The notes beneath the pieces are model-generated. The model searched no databases. It was not told the DNA's origin and worked only from the letters and a program-made list of their open reading frames with translations. This document shows positions 26,781 to 37,443 of a stretch of 64,000 nucleotides of DNA, in pieces (positions within the stretch are counted from its first letter, which is position 1; every line of letters starts with the position of its first letter). A program made the translations under genes and the position numbers. The stretch covers positions 19,393-83,392 of the forward strand of contig CAZMQG010000001.1 of NCBI GenBank assembly GCA_964568625.1, written 5' to 3'. This stretch comes from an uncultured Pseudomonadota bacterium (GTDB taxonomy: Bacteria > Babelota > Babeliae > Babelales > RVW-14).

Positions 26781-29198
26781 TTATTCAAAATCCCCGCCTT
26801 GACCACCTTGAGGATTAACACCATTGGTTTCTTTATCAAAAAATGTCACTAATTTTTTACTGCGTGACGGATGACGCAACTTGCGCAAAGCCTTAACTTC
26901 GATCTGACGAATACGTTCTCGAGTAACTGAAAAATCTTTGCCCACCTCTTCAAGAGTATGCTCAGATGCAACATCTATTCCAAAACGCATCTTCAACACT
27001 TTTTCTTCTCGTGGGGTAAGAGATTTTAAAACCTCGCGAACCTTTTCTTTTAGGTCTTCATTAACAACCGCATCAACAGGTGAATACTCATTCTCATCTT
27101 CAATAAAGTCTTTTAATGAGGTATCATCGCTGTCTCCAACCGGAGTTTCAAGTGATACAGGCTCTTTTGAAATCTTAATAATATTTTTGATCTTTTTCTC
27201 ATCAAGATTCAATTCTTTAGCTAACTCGGCATAACTTGGTTCACGGCCAGCTTCCTGAATATACGTACGTGTTATTTTATTTATTTTGCTTAATGTTTCA
27301 ACCATGTGAACAGGAACACGAATGGTACGAGACTGGTCTGCAATTGCTCGAGTTATAGCCTGACGAATCCACCAAGTTGCATAAGTTGAAAACTTAAATC
27401 CTCGTTCGAATTCAAATTTTTCAACAGCCTTAAGCAATCCAATATTACCTTCTTGAATCAAATCCAAAAAATGTAACCCTCTGTTTATATATTTTTTTGC
27501 AATGTTAACTACCAGTCGCAAGTTTGCACGAGCCAAATCGTCTTTTGCTTCTTTATCTTTATGCTGAGCCTTTACAAACTGCTTATACAAAGACATCATT
27601 TTGTCTTTTGAAAGCCCGGCTTCCTGCTCTGTTTTTTTAATCATTTTATAAGAACTACGAACTGAAGCATCAAGGGCGGCCAACTGTCCCAAATCATCTT
27701 GAGTTGGTTTTTTTATTCCCTTATAGAATTTGAGTTTTTCCTCGCCAATCTTAATTTCAGATTCGCGTTCTTGAACTTTGGCAATCAACTTTTCAATTCG
27801 TTTCCCAAACTTTCTTATCAATTTGTTTGAAAACTTAATCTCACCAATGGCCTGAATTACCTTTTTCTTATTTTCCTCTACCTTTGCCAACATCTCTTTC
27901 TTTTTAGATTCATTTGAGAGCTGAGGTCGATATGAATGATAAATTTTATCTTCATTTTCAATAAGATTTTTGATTTTACCAATCTGCCCTAAAAGCCTAC
28001 TTCGCTCTTCCTCAAATTTTGGAGAATTATCTTCATCAAAATCAGAAAACTGAATGACATCCTTCAAAAACATTGGATCTCGACCAAGTCGCTCTTCAAA
28101 TCCTATTAATTCTTTGGCTACAAAAGGAAATTTAGAAATAGAATCAATAGAGTCGCGCTTACCTTGAGCAATTTTATCGGCAATAACTTTTTCTGTTGTT
28201 TTATTTAAAAGCGGAATTTTTCCAATCTCTTTTAGATAAAGTTTAACCGGATCATTTAACTGGCTAGGTTCAATCAAGCCTCTAAGCTTCTCTAACTCTT
28301 TATCATGCTCAGACTCTTCTTCAAACCCTGAGTACTCAGTCCTTTCCAATGACGATTTTAAATCCTTAGTCATTGGAGCAAAGGAGGCAACTTCATGCTG
28401 TTCCAAAAATACGTCTGCCTCTCCTCCACCAGCCTCAAGCTCTTCCTGCATTATCAGGTCAATGTTTTCTTTTTCAAGAATTCCTAAAAGCTCATTTGTC
28501 TCTTCTTCACCGATTTTGTGTTTTGTAGTAAAAAGAATTAATTCTTCATAACTCAAAACACCGTCACACTTACCTTTTTCAATCAATGCAGCAACTTGTT
28601 TTTCTACACTTTTAAGAGTATTTCCCGAAACATCACCATCCTCAATGTCAACAATGGCAAGATCTTCTTCTTCAACATTGACATCTTCCGGCAAATGTCC
28701 TTCGTCGTCCCCTCCAACACGCTTAGCTACAACATCCGCTTCTTTTTTATCATGAATCAACTTCTTAACAGCTTCCTTTGACTCACTGCCGGACGTTAAA
28801 CTTTTTTTATCGGTTAAAGCGTCAGTAGATCGAACGATTTTACTCTTATTTTTTAAATCTTTTTCTTTTAAAACATTTTTAGTTTTTGATACAGCCTTAA
28901 CCTCCTGTACCTTTTTAGCAACTTCTTTTTTAATAACAACAGGCTTTGCTGCCTGTTTTATCTTAGATGCAACAGGGGCCGCTATTTTTTTTACAACCAC
29001 GGTCTTGGAGGTCGGATACTTTGCAATCACAATCTTAGATTTACCAGCAGATTTAACGGCACTTTTTTTGATAACTTTTTTTGATACAGCCTTAACAACC
29101 ACTTTTGAACTTTTTTTCACACCGAACCTTACAGATTTGGCAGAGGCTTTTGCTCTACTTTTAATAATTTTTTTTGTCTTAGCTAATTTTTTTATCAT
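26781..29198 (-). CDS. rpoD: primary sigma-70 factor with ~130-aa Lys/Ala/Val-rich N-terminal extension
   Basis: Region 2 [54 protein letters not shown], region 4 [31 protein letters not shown]-terminus [53 protein letters not shown]... Confidence 0.9.
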   Translation of the reverse strand: MIKKLAKTKKIIKSRAKASAKSVRFGVKKSSKVVVKAVSKKVIKKSAVKSAGKSKIVIAKYPTSKTVVVKKIAAPVASKIKQAAKPVVIKKEVAKKVQEVKAVSKTKNVLKEKDLKNKSKIVRSTDALTDKKSLTSGSESKEAVKKLIHDKKEADVVAKRVGGDDEGHLPEDVNVEEEDLAIVDIEDGDVSGNTLKSVEKQVAALIEKGKCDGVLSYEELILFTTKHKIGEEETNELLGILEKENIDLIMQEELEAGGGEADVFLEQHEVASFAPMTKDLKSSLERTEYSGFEEESEHDKELEKLRGLIEPSQLNDPVKLYLKEIGKIPLLNKTTEKVIADKIAQGKRDSIDSISKFPFVAKELIGFEERLGRDPMFLKDVIQFSDFDEDNSPKFEEERSRLLGQIGKIKNLIENEDKIYHSYRPQLSNESKKKEMLAKVEENKKKVIQAIGEIKFSNKLIRKFGKRIEKLIAKVQERESEIKIGEEKLKFYKGIKKPTQDDLGQLAALDASVRSSYKMIKKTEQEAGLSKDKMMSLYKQFVKAQHKDKEAKDDLARANLRLVVNIAKKYINRGLHFLDLIQEGNIGLLKAVEKFEFERGFKFSTYATWWIRQAITRAIADQSRTIRVPVHMVETLSKINKITRTYIQEAGREPSYAELAKELNLDEKKIKNIIKISKEPVSLETPVGDSDDTSLKDFIEDENEYSPVDAVVNEDLKEKVREVLKSLTPREEKVLKMRFGIDVASEHTLEEVGKDFSVTRERIRQIEVKALRKLRHPSRSKKLVTFFDKETNGVNPQGGQGGDFE

Positions 29199-31000
29199 AT
29201 TAGTCCCTTTGATTGAATCCCCTCTTTGAGTTTCAAAAATTTGGAAAGCAGCTCACTAAGTCTTGCCGGATCATTAAGCTGTTTGGCTTTAGCCATCTCA
29301 TCCTTAATTCCCTGGACAATCTGCTTCCAATTAACCTTACAAAAACGCAAAACCAGTAGATCAAAAGATTCTTGCGACACATCTTGATTTTTCATGCTCA
29401 ATTTTATAACCCAATCTCTGTCCTTATTATCAAGACTGTCAATAAAATGCGAAAAAACTTTTTTTTCAGTTTCGCTACTGCAGTCTAGTAATGACATTTC
29501 AAATTTATTTAAGAGGTTTTTAATATTGACTGAAAAATATGGTTTTAAATCCTGATCCACCTGTATTTCCGATTTTTTTCCCTCATTGTTAATTATAGCA
29601 GAAAATATTTTTTCTTCTAGTAATTTTATTTCGCTTTGCTCGTCCTGATCGAATAAATCTATTTTTTCATCTTCTCTAGCCTCAAGTACAAGCCCTGAGG
29701 GTTCAAGTTTTTTATATTTATGTCGTTCCAATAAGCCTTTAAGCGAATCAAAAGGAATATTCATAACCATGGCCGCCTGAGCTAAAACCAGGTCTTTTTT
29801 AAATTCATCGTCCAATTTGACAATAACTGCAACGATTTTTTCCGCTAAAGCAATCTTATCCGACAAGGGTTTTTGTTGGAAATTTCCCCCTAGCGACTCC
29901 ACAAAGAAACTAAATATATCCTTTGCCTGTTCAACATACTTATCAATACTCTCACCACTACATAAAAGTGACGCAGGATCGTGTTGAGATGGCAGTGTAA
30001 CCACCTTTAGATCCAATTTTGCCCCCCAACAAAACTCCGCCAACCTTAAAATAGCATTTTGCCCTGCCTTGTCCCCATCATAGACGACATAAAGCGTCTT
30101 AATAAACCTGGATAATAACTTTAAATGCTCAACTGTACAAGCCGTACCAAGCGTTGCAACTGTATTTTTATAACCATGTTGGAACATTATTATGCAGTCA
30201 GTGTAGCCTTCCACCAAAAACGCATACTCCCTTTCCTGCATGTGTTTTTTCGTAAGATCAAGGGCAAACAGCAGACGCCCCTTTATAAAGCCATCAGATT
30301 CCTTACTATTGTAATATTTTGGCCTTTCATCCCCCTGTTTAAAAATTCGACCACCAAAACCGCAATAACGCCCCAAATGATCCTTTATCGGGAATATTAT
30401 TCGCTCTTCAAAAGGAGAATATAAAAATGAACGACCCTCAACCAATATGCCATACTCAAGCAGATCTTTTAATAAAACGCCCTGGCGAGACAACTCCTTA
30501 ACCATATTATTGACTCGACTAAGCCCTCCGGGAAAATATCCAACCTCAAAAGTTTTTATTGATTCTTCTGAAAATCCCCGTTTTTTTAAATAATTAGTTG
30601 CAAAGGCATCATTTAAAAATTGATTATGTAAATATAATGCAACAGACTTGCACATAGAATAATACGTATCTTTTTCTGCAATATTATCCAGGGATGAATT
30701 GGCACTTTTTTTAAGCTCCTCAGGAACATTAATTTTAAACTGCTCGATTAAAAACTTGGCAGCCTCTATCTGTGTTAAATTTTCAATTTTGGCAATAAAA
30801 GCAATTGCATCTCCGGATGCATGACATCCGAAACAGTAAAAAATTTGTCTGTCAGGGCTAACAGTAAAAGATGCATCTGTTTCCGAATGGAATGGGCAAG
30901 ATCCTTTCCAGTACGAACCGGCCTGCCGCAACTGAACTCGCTCAGCAATAATATCCAAAATAGAAACCTGTGCTTTAACAAACTCAAATAAAGAAGACAT
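29195..31000 (-). CDS. dnaG: DNA primase
   Basis: CHC2 zinc finger [45 protein letters not shown]...[13 protein letters not shown] overlap with rpoD (the conserved dnaG-rpoD arrangement). Confidence 0.9.
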   Translation of the reverse strand: MSSLFEFVKAQVSILDIIAERVQLRQAGSYWKGSCPFHSETDASFTVSPDRQIFYCFGCHASGDAIAFIAKIENLTQIEAAKFLIEQFKINVPEELKKSANSSLDNIAEKDTYYSMCKSVALYLHNQFLNDAFATNYLKKRGFSEESIKTFEVGYFPGGLSRVNNMVKELSRQGVLLKDLLEYGILVEGRSFLYSPFEERIIFPIKDHLGRYCGFGGRIFKQGDERPKYYNSKESDGFIKGRLLFALDLTKKHMQEREYAFLVEGYTDCIIMFQHGYKNTVATLGTACTVEHLKLLSRFIKTLYVVYDGDKAGQNAILRLAEFCWGAKLDLKVVTLPSQHDPASLLCSGESIDKYVEQAKDIFSFFVESLGGNFQQKPLSDKIALAEKIVAVIVKLDDEFKKDLVLAQAAMVMNIPFDSLKGLLERHKYKKLEPSGLVLEAREDEKIDLFDQDEQSEIKLLEEKIFSAIINNEGKKSEIQVDQDLKPYFSVNIKNLLNKFEMSLLDCSSETEKKVFSHFIDSLDNKDRDWVIKLSMKNQDVSQESFDLLVLRFCKVNWKQIVQGIKDEMAKAKQLNDPARLSELLSKFLKLKEGIQSKGLI

Positions 31001-31006
31001 AGATAT

Positions 31007-31801
31007 TTAAAAATCCCTTTTTCTAGCGCTTACAACAGTAAACACCAAAATTGATATAGCCAAGAAACCCAAAGACCAAAGCTGCATTAAAGATAATGAC
31101 AAATCAAACGGTAAACAAGAAATATTTATGACATCACCTCTATCCCCCCTCCAAAAATCAACTCCAATGCGAGCAATACTCTCAAGAACAAGATATAAAA
31201 AAATTGTTTGGCCGGGTTTTTGCAAAAAACGCTTCATTACAAGCAAAATAACAAAGATAGAAAATGATAACAAACTCATATAAATTTGAGTCGGATGCAA
31301 TTCAACACCAATAGGAGCAAGACCAGCAGAATCTTTAAAGACTATTGAAAAAATAAACCCTTGCCCCTGGGCACCATAACAACACCCCGCAAGCAAGCAG
31401 CCAATCCTAGCAACTGACTGCATCAAAGGCCCATACAAAGCCACTATATCCAAAAACCTTAATACCTTGACTGAGTGCATTTTCAAATAAACAGGTACAG
31501 CAATAATAACACCTATAATAGACCCCAAAACAACAAATCCTCCATTCCAAACATAAAATATTTCAACCCATGGATTTGAAAAACTGCTCCATTCCGTAAT
31601 CATAAACAAAAGACGTCCGCCAACCACGGCACTGACAAGTCCGACAAATATCACATTAAAAAATGTATCTGAGTCAATCAATCTTGCTCTTCGTTGATCA
31701 TTGAAAGCACAAAATAAAAATAGCAAAAAGCCCAAAACAATCATCACACCGTAACTTTGGACCCAAAGAGGTCCATAAATATGAAGCAAATGAGGATACA
31801 T
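31007..31801 (-). CDS. lgt: prolipoprotein diacylglyceryl transferase
   Basis: Start trimmed to MYPHLLHIYGPLWVQSYGVMIVLGF (AAGGA SD). Also GGRLLFMI, WNGGFVVLGS, IGCLLAGCCYG. Confidence 0.8.
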   Translation of the reverse strand: MYPHLLHIYGPLWVQSYGVMIVLGFLLFLFCAFNDQRRARLIDSDTFFNVIFVGLVSAVVGGRLLFMITEWSSFSNPWVEIFYVWNGGFVVLGSIIGVIIAVPVYLKMHSVKVLRFLDIVALYGPLMQSVARIGCLLAGCCYGAQGQGFIFSIVFKDSAGLAPIGVELHPTQIYMSLLSFSIFVILLVMKRFLQKPGQTIFLYLVLESIARIGVDFWRGDRGDVINISCLPFDLSLSLMQLWSLGFLAISILVFTVVSARKRDF

Positions 31802-31910
31802 ATAAAAATCCTTAAATACACAGTTTTTACAAAATGGGAAACTCCTGCCAAGGATAGTCCGTTTATCGATTCCCAGCAAGAGCTTTTTAACTCAAAAACA
31901 GATCGCGTAT

Positions 31911-32723
31911 TTAAAACGTAACGCTAATTACACGTGCAGGCAAAAAATTTCTCCATACTATTGATTCAGAAGTAGACTTGCCCATTTTTCTAAAAATTCT
32001 GATCAAATCCCTAATTGCTTCAAGTGTATATTGTTCTTCGTCAGTAAGAAAAGGCTTCTTGAGTGTTTGAATGGCAATGTATTCAAAAAAAGTTACAGTC
32101 CCTCCCGGCTTTATAAGATTGGCATACATAGCTAGAATTTTACCAACCAAAGCTGGGGCAAATGAATGAAAAGGAAGTCCTGAAATAATAAAATCATACT
32201 GTTTATCAGCTTTAAACATTGTTATGTCACGACACAAAAAGTGCACGTTTTTCAGTTCGCCAAATTCTTCAGTGATATTTCTGGTTAAAATATTACAAAA
32301 CAGAGGATCGATTTCAACAACGTCAAAGTCTGATTTAAATGGCATTCGCTTAATAATATATTTTGTAAAAATTCCAGTTCCTGCCCCGACTTCAAGAATG
32401 TTTAATGACGTTAGCCTATCAGAACCTTTAATATATTTTGTCATTGATTTGGCAAGATACTTTGAGCTTGGTGTAAGAGAGCCAACTTGATGCCGATTAT
32501 GCCAAAATTCTGCTATAAATAATTTTTTTTCGTGAACGAATGATTTAACCGATTGCCAAAAAGCGGCCACTCTATTCCAACCTGCCTCATCCCTTGGCTG
32601 CATCAAAATATCTGTAGATTGAACCGAGGATTGCTCAAAAACTACAGGTGAACCTTCAGGCAAAGCCACGCATGTTGCGATAAAAAAAGAAAGTGCAAAA
32701 GGAAGAATTCTAGGCAATGTCAT
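31911..32723 (-). CDS. class I SAM-dependent methyltransferase, phospholipid N-methyltransferase (COG3963/PmtA)-like, with signal peptide
   Basis: FWHNRHQVGSLTPSSKYLAKSM followed by motif I ILEVGAGTGIFTKYII and post-I DVVEID, the pattern I associate with COG3963. N-terminus MTLPRILPFALSFFIATCVA. Confidence 0.5.
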   Translation of the reverse strand: MTLPRILPFALSFFIATCVALPEGSPVVFEQSSVQSTDILMQPRDEAGWNRVAAFWQSVKSFVHEKKLFIAEFWHNRHQVGSLTPSSKYLAKSMTKYIKGSDRLTSLNILEVGAGTGIFTKYIIKRMPFKSDFDVVEIDPLFCNILTRNITEEFGELKNVHFLCRDITMFKADKQYDFIISGLPFHSFAPALVGKILAMYANLIKPGGTVTFFEYIAIQTLKKPFLTDEEQYTLEAIRDLIRIFRKMGKSTSESIVWRNFLPARVISVTF

Positions 32724-32859
32724 ACTATTTTCCCTTAAAATTATTAGGTAATATTTTTTTAAAAAAGCATATAGTAGAATTGCCTCATGTCAACAAGAAT
32801 AACGAATATGAAAATACCTGCCAATTTCCCCCTAAATCAAACATTCAAAAATCAAATCG

Positions 32860-33930
32860 TTAAATGGATTCAAATAACATTGTTAAAATTAGTTTTTCAA
32901 ATTTTTCCGGATTAGATATCAATTCGTCCTGATAAACAAGTTTAAATAACTCGGGATACTCGCTCGCCATTGCCTGCGCATTTTTAACTTGATGGCCTGT
33001 AGAATCCGCAACAAGTGGAACAACAATAGAACGCTTTTGAAAAAACTCAAGTTCAAAAAGAGTTCCTGCACCTGCTCGACAAATTACCAGATCAGATATT
33101 AAATAAAAATTTTGAATATTTTCATCATAGGAAAAAAGCACAGCCGGCTCAGACATCTCTTTATAAAAATTGCGCCAATCAAATGAGACATCATTACCAA
33201 CTTGATGAATAACCTGAATTTGTCCGTGAATATTTTTGTTATGCTCTAAAAATTTTTTTAATGCATAATTAAGCATTTTTGAACCTTGAGAGCCTCCAAG
33301 CAAAAAGATTGTCTTTCGTTGTAACGAAAATGGTTTGTCTGTTTTTTCGTTTATCCGATCAATTATCTGTTGCTTGGTTATTTCAAAAACATTCTGACTG
33401 AAGCGTATTGGATAATGCGTTAGCTCACACTTTTTGGCAAAATTAAAACATGCAAATCTACATAATGAAACTGTATTTTTAAATGCAACAAAAATCTTAC
33501 TCGCAATAGGCATTAATACTTTTACAGCCTTGCCGGGCTCAAGATTGAGTTCATAAATTTCAACAGACACTAATGACAACTTACTGCCCAAACAAACGGG
33601 GATTGAAATCAGTCCCCCAGTGCTAATTATCTTCTCAGGTCTATCTTTAACAGCACGTAAAAAACTTTTTAAAAATGCCCATAAAATTTCAATAATTAAA
33701 ATGGGTAAAAACAGTATTCTTTTAAGACTGAATTTGCCAATTTTCAAACTAATAATTTCTGATAAAAAATCCGTATTTGCAACAATTTTATGATCAAGAG
33801 CTCCAGACGCGCCCCAAAAAATCACTTCCCCTCCCGGATTTAGTTCTAACCAGCGTTTTGCAATAGTCAATGCAGGTAAAATGTGCCCACCTGATCCGGC
33901 TGCGACAACATAAAGTTTTTTAGAATTCAT
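32860..33930 (-). CDS. murG: UDP-N-acetylglucosamine--LPS/lipid I N-acetylglucosamine transferase
   Basis: LYVVAAGSGGHILPALTIAKRW (G-loop) and C-terminal ICRAGAGTLFELEF...PLVADSTGHQVKNA. Confidence 0.85.
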   Translation of the reverse strand: MNSKKLYVVAAGSGGHILPALTIAKRWLELNPGGEVIFWGASGALDHKIVANTDFLSEIISLKIGKFSLKRILFLPILIIEILWAFLKSFLRAVKDRPEKIISTGGLISIPVCLGSKLSLVSVEIYELNLEPGKAVKVLMPIASKIFVAFKNTVSLCRFACFNFAKKCELTHYPIRFSQNVFEITKQQIIDRINEKTDKPFSLQRKTIFLLGGSQGSKMLNYALKKFLEHNKNIHGQIQVIHQVGNDVSFDWRNFYKEMSEPAVLFSYDENIQNFYLISDLVICRAGAGTLFELEFFQKRSIVVPLVADSTGHQVKNAQAMASEYPELFKLVYQDELISNPEKFEKLILTMLFESI

Positions 33931-33952
33931 TTTAAATCCCCCATTTATTTAA

Positions 33953-35746
33953 TTATTTCATCTCTTTTTTTACCTGTTTAATATGTTCCATAATTACCCC
34001 ATCCCCCGGAGAAATTGTAAGCGCTTTTTCAAATAGTTCAAGCGCCTGATTTTGTTTACCCATTTTTGAAAGCACCAATCCCTTTGTATCAAGATAAAAT
34101 GGAGAATTTGCATCTTCAAGCAATGCCTTATTAACATAATCAAGGGCCTGTGAAAGATTTTGTCCATTTTTTGCATAAACATATGCAAGTAAATTGTATG
34201 AAGCAGGATAGACTACAGAATGTTTCATCGACTCCAAAAGAATTTTTTCCATATTCTTAATTTGATTCGTTAAAAAATATATGTAAGCAACCTGATAGGA
34301 AACCTTTGATTTCAAATCAATATCTGACGTTGAATCAAAAATCTTTTTGTATAAAACAATGCTGGTTTTATAATTTTTCTGCTCAACATAAATATCTGCC
34401 AAAGCAGCCCAAACTCCAACAGTTGCTTTATTTGATTTTACAATATCTTCCAACAAGCTTGTTATCTGTTGCTTGGAAACCCCGGCCTTACCCAACAATA
34501 AAATGGTATGAATAACAGAATTATCATAAGGCTCGCGCTTTAACCAATCACGCATAAATGTAAGAATTTGGCTATGATTCTTCATCGCCAAAAGTATCTC
34601 AACTTTTAAAAGTTTACCTCGAACAAAAGTTGGAGATTTTTGAATACAAGTATTTATATTCTGTAATGCTTTTTTATAGTTTCCGGAATTAAATTCAATC
34701 ATTGCCAAATCAAAAAAATACTCCGGAGTATTCCCCTTTAATTTCTTGAGATATTGCATCGCTTCAGGCATTCGATTTTGTGAAAACATAAGTTGAATTA
34801 CCTGCTTCTCAATCATCTCATCGCGACCCACAAGACTTAAAAATTGTTGATACCCTTTAATCGCCTCATTAACTCTTCCAAGCTGCTCAAGCAACATGGC
34901 TTTTAAAAGCAACGCTTTATCAAAGCGAGGAAAAACTTCAAGACTCTTCTCAATATCACGCATAGCCAGTTCGTTTTTATTCATATGCATATGAACTTTT
35001 GAACGTAAAAAATAGAAAAGAAAAGATCTTGGTTTGAATGAAGGTTTTTCCAGACAATCATTAAGGTATTCTAACCCTTTTTCCATCTGATTATTTTTTA
35101 TAAGAGAAACAGCAAAATAATACGCCACCTGCTCGTTATCCGGAAAATCCTTTGCTAATGTCACAAAAATTTTTTCAGCTTTGGCGTCTTGGTTGGCCAT
35201 TAAAAAAGACTGCGCAACCATTAAATTAAAATCTAAATTATTTTCGAAGAATTTTTTGAATTTGCTTTCATTTTTCTGATAAATTTCAACAATTTTTAAA
35301 ATCTGCCCCATATCAAATAAAAATTTAAAATACCCATCATAAACAAATATTGGTGGCTTTTTTTCAAAAAGTTTTTTATAAGCTTGCATTGTTTTTTGAG
35401 CATCACCCTTTGAATGAAAATAATTTGCTTGAGTATAAAGATTATAAGTGGCTTCACTTGCCTCTGAATTGTTGGCATCAACATCCAAACTCTGATCTTC
35501 TACAAATGCAATCTTACTACTTTCATCATCCCCAGACTCATCTTTTTGTGGCATGTTTACATCAGATTTATCGTCGCTGAACTGGTACTCTCCGGAATTG
35601 TATTGATCATGCCGAGTACTATTGAATTGACTGGACACAGCCTGTTGGCTATCTCCATCTCTCGATTTTTTCGCAACAGGCAAAACACCATTAAAAATCA
35701 TACCCAGAGAGCACAAAACAAGTAATTTTTTAAACACGCCCTTCAT
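33953..35746 (-). CDS. secreted tetratricopeptide-repeat (TPR) protein
   Basis: Signal-like MKGVFKKLLVLCSLGMIFNGVLP. Many 34-aa A/Y/L-patterned repeats (e.g. YNLLAYVYAKNGQNLSQALDYVNKALLEDANSP, FYLDTKGLVLSKMGKQNQALELFEKALTISPGD). Confidence 0.75.
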   Translation of the reverse strand: MKGVFKKLLVLCSLGMIFNGVLPVAKKSRDGDSQQAVSSQFNSTRHDQYNSGEYQFSDDKSDVNMPQKDESGDDESSKIAFVEDQSLDVDANNSEASEATYNLYTQANYFHSKGDAQKTMQAYKKLFEKKPPIFVYDGYFKFLFDMGQILKIVEIYQKNESKFKKFFENNLDFNLMVAQSFLMANQDAKAEKIFVTLAKDFPDNEQVAYYFAVSLIKNNQMEKGLEYLNDCLEKPSFKPRSFLFYFLRSKVHMHMNKNELAMRDIEKSLEVFPRFDKALLLKAMLLEQLGRVNEAIKGYQQFLSLVGRDEMIEKQVIQLMFSQNRMPEAMQYLKKLKGNTPEYFFDLAMIEFNSGNYKKALQNINTCIQKSPTFVRGKLLKVEILLAMKNHSQILTFMRDWLKREPYDNSVIHTILLLGKAGVSKQQITSLLEDIVKSNKATVGVWAALADIYVEQKNYKTSIVLYKKIFDSTSDIDLKSKVSYQVAYIYFLTNQIKNMEKILLESMKHSVVYPASYNLLAYVYAKNGQNLSQALDYVNKALLEDANSPFYLDTKGLVLSKMGKQNQALELFEKALTISPGDGVIMEHIKQVKKEMK

Positions 35747-36198
35747 CGCCTTTCTCCCCTCATCTTTTTACAACGTACTCCAAATTCGTACATAACATCA
35801 CGCAGACCAGTATCTGTAACACTATCTAACACAATTTGTTCTGTTTTTGAAAGCTTTTTGCAAATAGGGTCTGTTACATAATCTTGAATGCGATTGTTTC
35901 GAATTTTATTCTTTTTCTTGAAACTTGAATCAATAACCTTAAACCTGATTGCCTTAATTCTAGGTTGATCCAATGCTGCATTTATCTTTGTTTTAAGCAT
36001 AGGAGAAAGCATGTGTAATTCTTGAGCCCAGACAGGATGCGTAACGCCAAGATACAAAATATCATCTTTCACCTGATCGATAATCACCTTATCTTTCAGG
36101 TTTCCAATAATATTTTCCCAATTCTTAAAAAGAACAATCTTCCAACTGTGTTCTTTGGGAATTAGATTCACAAGAAAATCACTTAAACGCTTAGTCAC
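35743..36198 (-). CDS. DUF721/DciA-like protein (putative replicative-helicase operator)
   Basis: WENIIGNLKDKVIIDQVKDDILYLGVTHPVWAQELHMLSPMLKTKINAALDQPRIKAIRFKV fits the DUF721 pattern (W..ivG ... L.v.V.s..WaqEL ... in ... i..irF). ATGA overlap with the TPR gene. Confidence 0.6.
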   Translation of the reverse strand: MTKRLSDFLVNLIPKEHSWKIVLFKNWENIIGNLKDKVIIDQVKDDILYLGVTHPVWAQELHMLSPMLKTKINAALDQPRIKAIRFKVIDSSFKKKNKIRNNRIQDYVTDPICKKLSKTEQIVLDSVTDTGLRDVMYEFGVRCKKMRGERR

Positions 36199-36355
36199 TC
36201 AAAATCCCGTGCTAATACTTGGTTATAATCTATCTATTGGTTAGAAAAATATCGCCAATAATTTAATAAAAACAAATAAGAGTACTTATATTATCAAAAT
36301 TAAAAAGTTATACCCAAAAAATAAAAAAGATTATGTGTTAAACCGCTTTAGTTAT

Positions 36356-36417
36356 TTAACCTAACACACGTTTCATTTAAGAACTCCTAAAGATTTTTTA
36401 TCATTGCGTCAAAACAA
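36356..36417 (-). pseudogene. remnant: duplicated leader, SD and first 6 codons of a paralog of 36421..37443, truncated by a stop
   Basis: Minus strand GTTGTTTTGACGCAATGATAAAAAATCTTTAGGAGTTCTTAA-ATGAAACGTGTGTTAGGTTAA versus the leader and start of the 340-aa gene CGTGTTTTGATGCAATAATAAAAAAGCGCTAGGAGTTTTCGG-ATGAAACGTTTGTTAGTTTAT. About 49 of 63 positions identical by my count. Confidence 0.45.
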
Positions 36418-36420
36418 CGC

Positions 36421-37443
36421 CTATCCATGAAAAATTGGATATGCATCTTTTTTAAATGCCATAGCATTGTGCTCGGTTTTGATAATAAAATTTGTGCATA
36501 GAGGAAACAATTTCTGTTGAAAAAAATCAGCCGAATTATTAATAACTCTGAAACTTCCGCAAATAGATGGAGGAGTTTCTGCGGCTTCAATATCGATCAT
36601 CCTAGAGTCCAGAAATTCTTTATTTATCTCAGTATCTTTTTTTTCTGAAAAAGTTGTTTCTTCGCTTCCACTCACACAAAACGTATATGTAACGTTACAG
36701 CAATCATTAAAGTCTTTTTTGCGCAAAAATGCAATGGTAGCATCCATATAGTGCCGCGATCCAGTGTGATATCCACCTGGTTTTATATTTTTGTCTATGG
36801 TTTCTTCCATTTTTTTAAACTCGCCAAGTAAGCACGTATATTTAAAATCGATAATCATTACAAAAAAATCATCCTCGCTATGCTCTTTGTTTCCCTTAAG
36901 TCCAATAGATTTGCAAAACGAACCACTCAATGTATCGATCTTATTATCCTTATAAGAGACTTCCCATGAATACGTGTTAGGTTCATAGTCATCTGGATAA
37001 AAAATCTTTGAGTTTCGTATTTTTTTAGATTCTTCTGAAGTAAGAAAAGAACAAGATGTCATAACAGAAACAAACTGCCCTAGCTCTTCTTTCAATACCT
37101 TATACATAAACGTATCAAAAAAATCGTTCAACAATATCTTTCCTTGTGCAACCCGGTTCTTCTCGATCAATATACGTAACTTTTCATCTGTTGTTTTATT
37201 CAAATACTTACCAATAACCTCATCATCGTCGTCATGTCCAATAGGGGCCCATGGAATACTTAGAAATAGGGACGCACCAATTTCTCGCTCAGAATTGTCA
37301 CCGTCAAAGGTTGACTTGGCAAATACGGAAATGTCATCAATCCCATCAATAATTTGCTGCATATTTTTTATTTGCTTACTATTTTCCGCTTGTACTTGCG
37401 ACATAAGACCAAAAACAGTTATATAAACTAACAAACGTTTCAT
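36421..37443 (-). CDS. secreted hypothetical protein (340 aa)
   Basis: AGGAG SD. Signal peptide MKRLLVYITVFGLMSQVQA. No motif recognised. Confidence 0.6.
   Translation of the reverse strand: MKRLLVYITVFGLMSQVQAENSKQIKNMQQIIDGIDDISVFAKSTFDGDNSEREIGASLFLSIPWAPIGHDDDDEVIGKYLNKTTDEKLRILIEKNRVAQGKILLNDFFDTFMYKVLKEELGQFVSVMTSCSFLTSEESKKIRNSKIFYPDDYEPNTYSWEVSYKDNKIDTLSGSFCKSIGLKGNKEHSEDDFFVMIIDFKYTCLLGEFKKMEETIDKNIKPGGYHTGSRHYMDATIAFLRKKDFNDCCNVTYTFCVSGSEETTFSEKKDTEINKEFLDSRMIDIEAAETPPSICGSFRVINNSADFFQQKLFPLCTNFIIKTEHNAMAFKKDAYPIFHG

Noticed and set aside
36387-36590. 67-aa minus-strand ORF from the track overlapping the 3' end of 36421..37443
   Set aside because: It is out of frame with and nested in the better-supported 340-aa gene. 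Its 3' part coincides with the duplicated-leader remnant described in the findings.
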